From assembly GCA_951406725.2 (NCBI GenBank), contig OX597817.1, positions 117,676,001-117,740,000 on the forward strand: 64,000 nt of DNA, read 5' to 3'. Position 1 is the first letter of the stretch. Each line of letters starts with the position of its first letter. The translations under genes and the position numbers were made by a program. Below the pieces are notes generated by a model. It was not told where the DNA came from and did no database searches. It was given only the letters and a program-made list of their open reading frames with translations. This document shows, piece by piece, positions 42,623 to 55,160 of the stretch. The DNA is from Octopus vulgaris. Lineage: Eukaryota.

Positions 42623-42627
42623 TTCCG

Positions 42628-43579
42628 CGCGCTGTTGACACTTTTAACAGAGTTTTAAAGTAAGCTAATAAGGAAGCCACGGATAAGGTCGCGATCCAAC
42701 AGTTCTTAAGGTTATAAAGGGTAACTCCGAAATGCGCCAGAAGGAGGTTCAGCAGCAGAATTAATGTTTGCCAGAAAGGTGATGTCAATATTCGATAAAC
42801 TGTTACCAGTGAAGAAAAATATACGTGCTAATGAAAACATGACAAAATTCTTTAGAATAGGTGATAAGGTATATCTAAGAATGTACAAAAATGGCAAGCA
42901 ATACGAGGAAGAAGAAATTGTAGCATACATTGGAAAAAATGGTGTACGGTGTAAGAAGCAGAAATGGAATAAAATACAGAGATAGAAATCAACTTAAGGA
43001 AAAAACGTCAAAGAAAAGGAAGCAACAAGAATAGAAATACAGATGGATTGGCTATACGACACTTTTCAGGTTCCAACACCGTTACAAGAAGTCGAAATCT
43101 TACGTTCAAGGAAAACAAAGAATAATGAATTCCTAAAAGTAGAGCCTAAGAAGAAAAGACATTGTATATATATATATATATAAAGAGGATGTGGTTGATT
43201 AAAATTATTAAATGAAATAATTAAAAGGGGAGATTTTGTATAGTGAAACTGTATAACCCTTCCGGTAATAAGTGGTAATTGCCAGCAATTATGAATACAC
43301 CAAGAGCCAGTCGACAGAAGAAGCTCAGAAGGTCAAGAGTACATGTAGACTGTGATGATAGTCGTGTCTCTGCTGATATAGTAATTATACTGTGATGCTG
43401 AGTGGACTTTAGAACGGTCCAACCATTGAATATAATAACATTGTATGGCTGGGGGTCGTACAGTACCAGATCCAACCATTCTATCGACGACTTCAGGATA
43501 TAACAATATCTGTCAGAGCGACAACCGTCGTCAAAATACATTCAATAGTGGCAAAACACCGCTTTAAAATATATATACA
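42628..43579 (+). mobile_element. Ty3/Gypsy remnant: integrase C-terminus, purine tract and probable 3' LTR (about 43190-43579)
   Basis: VDTFNRVLK*ANKE...QQFLRL*RVTP...SAAELMFARKVMSIFDKLLP...FRIGDKVYLR (cf. ERFV.TFK...YR.TP...SPAEL.F.R); aaagagga followed by TG at 43190. The LTR end is tentative. Confidence 0.75.
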
Positions 43580-43982
43580 TATATTTACTCATTAATACAA
43601 GTTGTGCGAGAACATTGTTTCCTACCTATCTTGACTTTCAAGTTTTTCTTAATTATCTCCCTTTAGGCTCTGTTTCGAAAGTCTTATTTTCGTTTCTCTA
43701 TTACTAATTTTACTCCAGTCTGTATCATAGTAGAAAGCGATGGATAAAAAAATCACACGGCAGCAAACCGTTCAGAAAATAAAGAACACTAACATATTTT
43801 TATAATGTATACATTATATATTATACATACATATTAACACTTTACAGTATACTTACATATATACATACATCTATACATCGATCTAAAACAACAGGAATAC
43901 TAAAGGCAAGCCGGAATATAAGAGAGGAGAAAACCAAAAGGTCTCATGCTATTTCATTAAAAAATTCCTGAGTAGAACTTAT

Positions 43983-44312
43983 TATTATTACCTCCGCCTT
44001 TGACACTATTTTGAATGGTACATTTGTTAACTTTGGATTGTATTAGATAAGGATATACTATTTATTACTGTTAATAAATTTTCTTGAGTCACCTTCACAA
44101 TCCGTGACTACCATTGGGATCGATCAAGAACCAGACAAGGATTCTGAATTAATTTTGTTTATTTTTTCTTAATGTTTAAGAGCAGTTTGGTATTGTCATT
44201 TGTGAGAGCAGCCAACTTTATTTCAAATATTCTCATTTTAAAAATCATCTTTGGCTAATAGTTTAGTGGACGTTTGTGTTGGCGAAGGTTTGCGCTCTCT
44301 GACCGCCTTTGT
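43983..44312 (+). mobile_element. Helentron-associated non-autonomous element (HINE/DINE-like)
   Basis: Subterminal IRs acctccgcc (43990) and ggcgaaggt (44281), then a degenerate 3' hairpin gcgctctctgaccgc and a T-rich end. Confidence 0.65.
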
Positions 44313-44697
44313 TTTAAATGGATATTAGAAGTTAACACATTGCAAAGCTTCTACTTCCGAAACAATATCTGGATACTCGTGATAAATTCATATATATATA
44401 TATACTAGTCAATGGTTATTTTATTGCTCTTCTTTGGAGAATAAAGATATTAACTGCTTCCAAAGTTATTATATGTAACCTGACAATTAGTTCCAGATCG
44501 CATTGTAATATATTAGCAAGTGCAAGAATCTAGTTTCACAAATTATTAATGGAGAACCAAATTCATTATATGTATCAACGAGCATCTATTCACATCTCCT
44601 TCTCACCCAAGAAACTTAATATCAAACTGTTGTTAAAACATGAGTTACTCATATCAAATGTGTTGAGTTCCACTCTCGTTCCTTTGTCCAATAACGA

Positions 44698-44744
<47 letters not shown>

Positions 44745-44763
44745 CACACACGCACACACACAC

Positions 44764-44799
<36 letters not shown>

Positions 44800-44829
44800 G
44801 CACACACTCACACACATATATATATATTA

Positions 44830-45081
44830 ATTGTTGATAGCAAAGACAGATTGTACTGTGAGCTTTATTTAGCTCGATGATCGTTTCGGTTTACATCTGC
44901 ACTTGTCTTAGTGAGTAGGGAACGGCATAATGGAATCAAATGCATCCCACAGTGTAGAAGAAACCACATCGGGTCACATAATACCTTATAACACTATGAT
45001 ATATTACGTAACCTGATGAGGTTTCGTCTGCACTGTGGCGTGCACCCGACTCCATTATAACGTTCCCCATTAGTACTGAAT

Positions 45082-45087
<6 letters not shown>
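44830..45087. mobile_element. Inverted pair of hammerhead-bearing PLE-like termini between TA arrays
   Basis: 44918-44983 is an imperfect reverse complement of 45002-45067. The minus copy has GAAACGATCATC followed by AATAAA; the plus copy has CTGATGA at 45013. Confidence 0.7.
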
Positions 45088-45136
<49 letters not shown>

Positions 45137-45138
<2 letters not shown>

Positions 45139-45350
45139 TCTTTATTACCCACAAGGGGCTAAACATAGAGGGGACAAACAAGGCCAGAGAAACGAATTAA
45201 GTCGATTACATCGACCCCAGTGCGTAACTGGTACTTAATTTGTCGACCCGGAAGGATGAAAGGCAAAGTTGACCTCGGCGGAATTTGAACTCAGAACGGC
45301 AGACGAAATACGACTACGCATTTCGCCCGGTGTGCTAACGGTTCTGCCAG
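45137..45350 (-). mobile_element. Nin-type SINE monomer
   Basis: Single body plus partial head, closely matching the 10681 and 18856 units. Confidence 0.9.
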
Positions 45351-46181
45351 GAGGTAATGAACTGTCAACAACGTGGTTGTTGTTGACTTTTCTTTTGTAA
45401 AAGATGTATAACATGAGACAATTTCCCATTCAGTAAAGAAGAAAAAAAGTGAGATTGAGAAATTTAGTAAGAATCAATGTATAGGATTATGTAGTGTCGA
45501 GAAATTAGAAACCAAAATTAAATTATACAACTCATTACCACTTATCTAACAGATAAAGAGTGAAAATCAGAAACATAAATACGGTAGAAAACGATGTAAT
45601 TACTTAGTGCAGATATGTGATGCAGGAAAAATTGAAAGAAACACATCCTTGTAATTCGTGTTTAACAAGGAATTGACAAATTCAGTAGAGTGTGGAATAA
45701 AATAAAATAAAATAAAGGATTTGTTCCTTCTCGATGTTGTTAGGACAAATCACGGCAATGTCATCTATAGATTTCCTTCCTTCCTACTCAGAAGACTACA
45801 AATGCTATATTCCCATCGCTAGCAGTGATTGATGTTGAACAATCTGCAGTTAGAAAAGGTATGTATGCCCTCAAAGTGAAACAGTAATATACTACAGTAA
45901 AGTTTATAATGTGGCCAGTTGCAATTTGGCAGACGTAGTTTTAGAAATAAGAGTTATAGAATTAGTTACAGTGTCGGACAGTACATCAGAGGGGCATTAA
46001 TAGTTGTAATTGCATAGAACTCAGTCCATTGCAGTGCAGAGACATCGGACTGCATGCCTTGCGGTTTGTTTTTGGTCTCTTTGTATTCTGATTTTAAAAT
46101 TTCTGCATAGCCTATTTGTCAGGGAGACTTAATTGTCATCCCAATGAACAACATCCCTTGTCAGTTCAGGGGAGTGTTAAA

Positions 46182-46343
46182 TGTACATCATTATTGTGTG
46201 ATCTTGAATGTTCATGCTATTTTGTGATCTTGAATGTTACATGGACGTTGAGACTAGTAGGAGACGGGGTGGAAGATACGCTCAAATCCGAGACAGTCGT
46301 AACGGGTCATGCGCACTCAAGATCACAAAATAATGATGTAACA
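46182..46343. repeat. ~35-bp inverted repeat with an internal direct repeat
   Basis: tgtacatcattattgtgtgatcttgaatgttcatg versus catgcgcactcaagatcacaaaataatgatgtaaca; gtgatcttgaatgtt is duplicated at about 46198 and 46224. Confidence 0.7.
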
Positions 46344-47962
46344 GTCCAAAATTTATATACCTTCTTGTATTAGGAGACAATTAGAAATAATTCACAAATT
46401 TTAGAATTTTTATTAATTATCATCATTTCATGAGTGTATAATTAATCATGGGGAAAATTAAATTAAAAATATTGATTTAATAAATGGTTTATGCATTAAC
46501 AAATAAGAATAAATAAGTTCACCTTGATAGTAATTATTGCTATTCGAATGGAAAATTTGGTTGTATAGTGAGAAAACGTAAGTTGTTTATTGGCGAATTA
46601 ATTTACTACAATTACTATTTTACAATAATAATATCTTTATTTACAATGTCTGTTTACTAGTTATTATTAAAATTTCAATGTACAAAATGCATTTATATCT
46701 CATACTAATAATTCTTTCTACTATAGGCAAAAGGCAAATGAGTTTGAGGGAATGGGGCTAGATGATTCCATCGTCCCTAGTGCTCATGTGATAGTCCTAT
46801 AGCGACCTCGAAAGAATAAAAGTCAGCATTATTAGAATTTAAATTCAGAATGTAAAGAACCTGACGAATAGTCGTAATTCATTTTGACCGGTGTTCTAAC
46901 AATTCTGTCAACTCACCGCTTTCATATTTCATACTAAAAATACTCATTCTTGGCTACCTGTCTAGGCTACTTTTTATCGAAATACTCTCTCCACCTTTTC
47001 ACTCTCCCAAAGTTTTACTCTCATAACAACTCCACCAATGCAATTACATCTATTAATTATCCTCCTCTGTATTTGTTGCACATTGTTACTAATTTTATAA
47101 CTCCTATTTCTAAAACTACGCCTGCCAAATTGTAACTGGGCACATTACAGAATTTACTGTAATATATTATTATTTTCAATGTAAGGGCATACATGACTTA
47201 ATAGCATGATTGTTTACCATCATATCACAGTTAGCTATATGGGAATATATAATTTCTAATATAGGTTGTATCAAGTAATGCTACGATATCATGAGGATCC
47301 TACAGAATTACTGGAATTTTTAATAAACCAGCATTATTGAAAACATTCATAACAAATACACAAATTAAAAATTTGCTTTATATGATAAAATGTTAATATA
47401 ATAATTTTTCCTCGAAATTATTACTTAATTCAGTGTTTTAATAGGCATAATAAATATGAGAAATGCATATTAACGATACTAAAGGAAGTAAGAAAAGTAT
47501 TCTTAGAGAACAGACGAGGCCCAAATTCTTTCATCAAAGGGCTAGTTAAAGATTTTAAATTAAGAAACTGACTATTTGTATTAAAACAACTAAACGTTCT
47601 TTTTTTAAAGAATTCAGCACAATTTCTACGCTTTAAGTTTAACTCATAATGGTTGTCTACACTGCAATATAGCAAAATTCAACTATTCAAGCTTCCGTTT
47701 AGTAAAGTAAAATGTTAAACCACGAAAGACAGAAGCCAAATTTTTTTATCGCGCAGCCATGCTTTACGTTCAGTAGACGTGAAATATATTTTTCATCAAA
47801 TGTGACAGACGAATATCGTTTGTAAAGTCAGAAACAATTTGTAAATTATCAATGTGTGTCCATTTATCTCCTTGTATAAGCCATGTATTTTTGTATACAT
47901 ATTGATAAGAGACCATTTTATGCAATAGGAGCATCAAATGTAAATAGACATATATGTATATG

Positions 47963-48003
<41 letters not shown>

Positions 48004-48074
48004 ATATGAATGAATGTATGTATATGTATGCATGTATGTATGTATGCATGTATATGTCTCTTCTATTTTTAATT

Positions 48075-49365
48075 ATTATTAATCTTCCACTGAAGAGGGA
48101 CCCGATTGCCAACAAAGATACAAGGCTCCATCTTTGGAATGTTGTTAAGGCAGACAAATTCACATTTGGAACTTGGAAGGAGTTTTGCATATTTTTATTG
48201 TTCTATTCACAGATTGCACTCGTAATGTACGAATTAGCCGGTCGCTTTCTCTTTCAGAAAATCCCAGTTTATCCAGATTCTTCTTTAAGCATTTACTAAA
48301 AGAACCAAGTGCTCCAATTATTATTGGTATGCATATAATAGAGAAACTGAAGGTTTCGAAGCAGTTGTACATAGATATCCTCTCTTATGTGATTTTCAAA
48401 GATATATTTATATCTGCAGTGCACCTGACCTCTATGACGGAACATGCCTTTGCCCCTCAGTTCCCAAAAAAAATATCCGTTCTGTTATGTTTACATTTGA
48501 CAGATGTTTTCATGGGAATATTCCACCATCATTCCTTGAGTTGGTGTTTATGAATACATTCCATGGCAGAGGGATTTTCTAAGTTTATTCCAGGACAGGA
48601 CAGTCTTTTCTGTGGATGGCATTGTAAATTGTTTTAACGACAACATCGGGCCGCATAGGAAGGTAGTACCGTGACGGCATTTTAGGACAGCTGCTAATCA
48701 CATGCGTGATGTCTTCCACAGAAACATGACATAGACTACACATGCGGTTGCACGTTGGAATTACAAGATCGTTACTGTCTCTCCTGCTCACTAGGTACTT
48801 TGTGACAATCACCTGCTCTTGCATTGCAAGCGCATAGCTTTCAAAGTGTGATGTGATGTAGTGGTCTTGTGTACCAGAGAGGCTACGCTTCGTATCAATT
48901 CTACTGTCTTCTTCAAACTTCCTGGCAACATACCAATGCATAGTCATATGTTTGCATGCTGAATGTTTTCCATCCAGGGCTCATCTTAAGTAAGACAGCC
49001 CAGCTGTTTTGGGGCTGTATAGAAGATCATCAGGAAGAGAGTGCTTATTGCGGAGCTCACTGCCAACTCGTACAATGTTGCTCAATTTACTTTTCAGCAC
49101 TGCATTTACATATTTATTTTTGCCGCTGTTGTTCAGCAGGGTTTCCTGAGTGATACCTTACAGCTTTCGAAGGCCGTCTGCACTGATCTCAGGCCTTTAC
49201 CATCTTCATTTCTTCAAGTAGAGCTGTCGACATAACTCTTTCTGTGGAAGTTCCCAGTTGCTGTCAGGAGTTTGCGGGTTTTCATGTCTATGGGGTGGAT
49301 TTCTCCTACAGATCAATCAAGTATTTCAAATGCTGAGATCAGCACTGGTGCTGCAAAAGCCACCA
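48075..49365 (-). pseudogene. Second R4-like (RLE-type) non-LTR retrotransposon, 3' fragment
   Basis: Minus strand: RNEDGKGLRSV, AMQEQVIVTKYL, CSLCHVSVEDITHVISSCPKM (zinc knuckle), HNRTDI, IPIIIGALG; frameshifted. Confidence 0.85.
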
Positions 49366-49520
49366 TTATGGACATTTTTCTAAATTTTCTACCCTTGTTA
49401 TTTTAACAGTAAAATTTTCGTAATTTCAAAGCCTTTCTGGTACGCAGTTTTAATTTTTTTATTATCATTCGCTGCCGAATGTAAGTGCGCTTGCGCGGTG
49501 GATTTGAAAATTATAATGTA

Positions 49521-50033
49521 CTAGCAGAATCGCCCGGCGTTGCTCGGGTTTGTAAGGGAAATAACTATATAAGCAGTTTTAGAGAGTTACTTCCCTTATA
49601 GATGCCAATTCGGTCTTTCTTAGCCATTTCTGTTTTGGCGTCTTCAAGCCATGAAGTCGTTGTTCTAAAAGAACGCTGGTCTCCTTGACAACGCTTTACG
49701 ACGTTGATTTCCTTAGACTCCCTTCCCCACAGCTTCACGAGGGAGGGAAGAAGGGGGAGAAGCAAACAGGTGCAGGTGTGACCATGGACGCCAACTCCGC
49801 CGCCATCGACACACGAAAAATTATGCATTAAATTGGAATAAAAAATGATGTTAAATTATTTTTAAAATCGTATACTCATCGTCGACGCGCGCTAATACGC
49901 AGACGGGCTCGATATGAATCACGACTATAAGATACCCGAATTTGGTTAAACTGCATCGCAAAATGTGGGAGTAGTTAGGAATCTAAATCGAAGGGGACAG
50001 ACACTCACACAACTACAGTTTTATATAAATAGA
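49521..50033 (-). mobile_element. Complete non-autonomous Helitron (513 bp)
   Basis: Minus strand starts A|TCTATTTATATAAAA and ends with hairpin cccgagcaacgccggg, then cgattctg CTAG|T; no TSD. Confidence 0.88.
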
Positions 50034-50315
50034 TAAGTACACAGGATGTGTGTTTTCGGTGCTATTCGCTGCATAAATATGCATTGATTTTAGCGCCCTT
50101 ACTTGCGAAGTACAAATGGGAAATTATCTTATATGCACATTGTTACTGAAACTCGAGTCAGAGCGTAACTACAAAAAAATAGGTATTTTATATTTTCATT
50201 CCCATTGAAATTACTTTTATTCGTAGTTTGGGCTGTGACTGCCCTTTCCAGCATGTCAGGTATCCTGTCAAAGGTAAGGTTTTTCGTGTATATATACTGA
50301 AATTCTTTATACACT
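50034..50315 (+). mobile_element. PLE-like terminus with a degenerate hammerhead (50093-50165)
   Basis: gcgccctta CTTGCGA agtacaaatg...cattgttact GAAA ctcgagtc agagcg. The 3' end runs into (TA)n at about 50320. Confidence 0.55.
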
Positions 50316-50322
50316 ATTATAA

Positions 50323-50393
<71 letters not shown>

Positions 50394-50461
50394 TATAATA
50401 TGATATAATATATATAATATATATAATATAATATATTATAATATAATATAATAATAATAAT

Positions 50462-50509
<48 letters not shown>

Positions 50510-50511
<2 letters not shown>

Positions 50512-51392
50512 TATTTAACAGGCCACTTTTGAAATGCAATTCACTGTGGTATTCGTTGAGAGATAACATTTCTTATGGAGGAGCTACGTTTAAAAATACA
50601 TTATACTTCGGAGAGATAGAGAATACCATCCCAGAAGAGGCTAGGGAGGAAACTAGATACATTTCAGCTCCGTTAGGTCTTAATAAACGACGTGTATTGA
50701 TAGCCAACTACATATTTAGATTATATTGATCACAACCAAAATATAGGAAGTAGAGTGGCAAGTCTCATCTAAGAATGTGACTGGCTGTGGGTACATGCCG
50801 CTTATAAAGCCCAAAATATATTTTCAGTTATTTTATACTTTTCATTTTTTAAGTTCTTTCTAATGATGCAATTTGTCCTCAGTGTTTCTGTTTTTCTTAC
50901 CGTCCATTCTCTTTTGTCACCCGTCCATTGCCACAGCCATATCCCACTGCACAATGCTTTCCTCTCACATACAATGTCACTACTCCAACCCACCATTTAC
51001 CCATTCTAAGTATCTCACACTTGCATACTAACACAACCCCCAAGGAACCACACATAGACCATAGTACTATACATATATCTACTTAGATTTTGTAAAGGTA
51101 TAATAGTTAATATGATCATACATAGGCGCAGGTGAATCCATAATGTATAACGATGGTGCTCGAGGCTTTCACGTGTTTACTTCATGTTTTAGGTACGTAT
51201 TATGGTTACATAATTATGCATTTAGTGACCCTACTGATGATCTGCGAATGCCAAATTAATTTGTTTCGTCGTTAGGAGCCTAACTCGAGTATAGGATTAA
51301 CTATTTTTTATTTACTTTTGTGCTTATTAACAGCGAGCCTTAAGAATACCTTAGTTTTCGTAGTTTGGGTTTTAACTGAACTTTTCAGCATT
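50510..51392 (+). mobile_element. PLE 3' end: GIY-YIG C-terminal remnant, 3' region and hammerhead-like motif (51230-51295)
   Basis: ORF 50529-50729 contains ...APLGLNKR, the typical PLE C-terminal P.GLN. Motif: ccta CTGATGA tct...agc CTAA ctcgagta tagg. TA runs on both flanks. Confidence 0.6.
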
Positions 51393-52693
51393 TTATATAT
51401 ATATGTATGTATGTGTGTGTGTGCGTGTGTGTGTTTGTACCCCACCATCACTTGTTAACCGATGTCAGTGTGTTTACGTCCCAGTGAAATAGCGGTTCGG
51501 CAAAAGACACCGATAAATTAAGTACCAAGCTTACAAAGAATAAGTCCAGGATCGATTAATTCGACTAAAAAGGTGGTGTTCCAGCATGGCCGTAGTCAAA
51601 ATTACCGAAACATGTAAAAGAATAAAATAATACAATTTTATATCTCTTATGAACACACTCATAATGGAAATCTCAGTTACGTTGTTACTAGCGATGTTTT
51701 TAGATAAATATCCAATATTTGATATGCAATATATAAGTCCGTGTGCAAAGAAAATCGTGATGAGTGAATTTCATAAAGATTTTATTTCGAATAAAGATCT
51801 TAATGATTTTTTAATAAGCACATATCAGATATACTTACTTATCTTTACAGAAGATCATGTCAAGGAAATCCCAGTCACTTTTGGCAAAATGCAAACCTGT
51901 CCATCAACATTTCATTCGAAAGCAAATAAATAAACTTTCTGGATAAAAGCTAGTGGAAAATGAAGCGATAGTTTTCCTCTATTTCTCATGATAAATTACT
52001 ATACATAGCATTATGTTTGCACATATACAACCCATAAATGTTTAATATTAGTAGTTATTTGTAATTACCTGCTCAATATAGTTTGATTTCATCTTGGCTA
52101 TTACAATGTATTAAAAAGATAGAAATGCTCTTTAATTACTTTTTATTACTAATAGTTACTTTTATTGCCTATGAAACACTATATAATAATAAGTAGTTGT
52201 TTCCATCTTTTCCTTAATCCCAACTTATTGATGCATGACTTCAAATTATTTTACATATATATGCATAAATTCTGGTTAAGAAAAACGGATACTAAAACTG
52301 TTGAATGTGTATGAAACAATAGGAACGCAAAAACCTGCATCAACTTTCACATTTGTTGCATTTAAATTTACATCTAAGTGTATCGATTTCTTATGGTTTA
52401 TCGACATGGTAATTACCATTAATTTAATAAATTTCGCTAAAATTATAGACACAAAATGAACAAATATCAAACATTTCTTTACAATCATCGAGGATTTAGA
52501 AGAGTGATTTAGTAGTCAATTTGGTTGAAAGTATATTATTGCTTTTATTATTGTGTTGAACGTCACCACGGCTTCCTAGTGATAAGAATTGCGAATTGAG
52601 AAGAGGAGGCAAATTACGTTAATGTTGAAATCCGTTTCATATTTGCATATATATTTTTGTCTTTTTGTAAATAAATATTTGAAACCAATCGAT

Positions 52694-52935
<242 letters not shown>

Positions 52936-53533
52936 GTAAGAGAATTTTACTTCTCAATCAAAATTTAGGTATTTAGCACACTAGCCGTTTTGACATCAAT
53001 TTCACGAAATCTGCCCTAGAGCGTAAAGTTTCACCAATTTTACGCACATGCACAAAAAAGAAGACGACACGGGTTCGCTACCAGACTCTGAATGTTTTCG
53101 TCAAATTGGTCCTACCGATTAATATAGAGTTTAAATTTTTGAAAAATGTTTCATGGCTATAAACAGACATGTTATTAACGGTAATTTCTTACCGGGTACC
53201 TCAGTTACTACATATATAAATACATATATATGTATATGTATACGTATACATAAAGATATACACATACATGCAAATATATATATATATATGTATATATATG
53301 TATGTATTTATGTATATGTAAGTATGCATGTATGTATAGAAGATTGTTTCCCAACCACATGGTTCTGGATTCGGTCCCAGCGCGTATCACCTTGGGCAAA
53401 TGTCTTCTACCATAGCCTCTGGATTTTGTGTATTCCTGAATGGCTTACATACATCGTCCACGCTGCAATTATTTTTCAGCACACGATCTTAGATCAAGTC
53501 ACTTGCTCTGGAAGTTAATCTCCGTAATATATA

Positions 53534-53759
53534 CATAGGGGAAAATTAGAAAGAAAGAACATGCACTCTAGGTATAAAAGTAATGTATTTTTTAAATAAA
53601 AACAAAGACATACATGCAAATAAATGATTTTTATACTTTTTAATTCCACCTCAAAGCGTTTATTTGTTTGTATATATCTTGTTTTTTTTTAAGAAAAGCA
53701 CGCCATTACTTTTACACGTAGTGTGCATTTTCTTTGTTTCTTTGTATTTTCCCTCTATT
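53534..53759. repeat. Imperfect inverted repeat with ~95-bp arms
   Basis: ataggggaaaat...atgcactctaggtataaaagtaatg...aaaaacaaagacatacatgcaaataaatg matches the reverse complement of 53657-53759. Confidence 0.65.
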
Positions 53760-53872
53760 TGTACCACGTGTATTCTTTTTGTTTGAAACCTGCTTCCATT
53801 ATATATATATATAGGTTTATATATATATGTATGCATATGTTTACGTGTATGTCTGTGTTCGTCCCATCGCTA

Positions 53873-54766
53873 CTTGTCACTTGTCTCGCAGAAGCAGCAA
53901 AAGCCTTTGGACTGACCATTAGCCTGCGAAAAACTGAAGTAATGCGTCAGTCTGCACCTGGCCTGACACATCCTGAGCCTCAGATTGAGATTGAGGGTAC
54001 AACACTAAACAACTGGGAGAGTTTTACATACCTGGAAAGCTGCCTGTCCTCAAACTGCAGCATGGAAAAGATGTCTCTATGATGCTTGCAAAAGCCGGAG
54101 CTTCGTTTGGCAGATTTGGGACACGTGTGTGGGCCGAACGAGGCATCAGACTTTCCACCGAGCTGGCACTCTATAGGGCATTCGTCATCACCTCTCTGCT
54201 CTACGGCTGTGAGACGTAGACGCTGTATAGGAGGAAAATACGAGTACTTGACCAGTTCCTCCTCCGCTGCTTGCGACGAATCATGAGAATTTCCTGGGAG
54301 GACAGAGTCTCCAAAACTGAAATGCTTCGTAGAGCCGAAATGCCCGGGATCGAAGCCCTCGTCATGAAGGCCTAGCACCGGTGGATCGGACATGTGGTCC
54401 GAATGGCCGACGCGCGTCTACCAAAGATGATTTTCTCCTATGAGCTGGCTTCTGGAGCAAGAATCCCTGGAAGGCCACCGAGACGATACAAGGACAGCCT
54501 GAAGACTTCCCTTGGGGCCTGCGGCATTTCAGCCCGTGGCTGGGAATCGCTTGCCTCCGCTGTCCAAAAGAGTTTTACGCTGTCAGAGGAAAAGTGCCCT
54601 CAGAGTCTGGACCAGAAGCGACAAGCCCGAAAAGAGAGGATCCCCAAGCCTACTTCTGCTATTACCTGCCCAACATGTGACCGCGTATGCGTGTCTGCAT
54701 TTGGGTTACGGTTCCATCTCCAGCGTCACTAGCGTTGTTGTCAAACCCCGACAGACTTCCATTACT
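53873..54766 (+). pseudogene. RTE-clade LINE, 5'-truncated, with C-terminal C2H2-like finger
   Basis: FGLTISLRKTEVM...FTYLES...LLYGCET*TLY...[14 protein letters not shown]...RWIGHVVRMADARLPK...GRPPRRYKDSLK...CPTCDRVCVSAFGLRFHLQRH. 27-bp TSD with one mismatch at 53846-53872 and 54767-54793. Confidence 0.92.
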
Positions 54767-55057
54767 TGTATGTCTGTGTTCGTCCCGTCGCTAGAGCTTA
54801 ACAACAGATACACGGGTGTTTATATCCCCGTAACTTAGCGATTCGGTATTATAAATATTATACCAATGGAATAAGTATTATTCTTAGAAAAGTATAAGTC
54901 GACTTATTAGACTATTACTTTCTAAAGTGGTGCCTCATTTTGGCCAGAGTCGATTGATTGAAAAAAGTTAAAGAATATATACATTAAGATATATGCGTAC
55001 AGGCATATATATGTGTGCACGTGTATATCAATATATGTATATATATATATGTGTATA

Positions 55058-55114
<57 letters not shown>

Positions 55115-55127
55115 GTATGCATGTATG

Positions 55128-55160
<33 letters not shown>

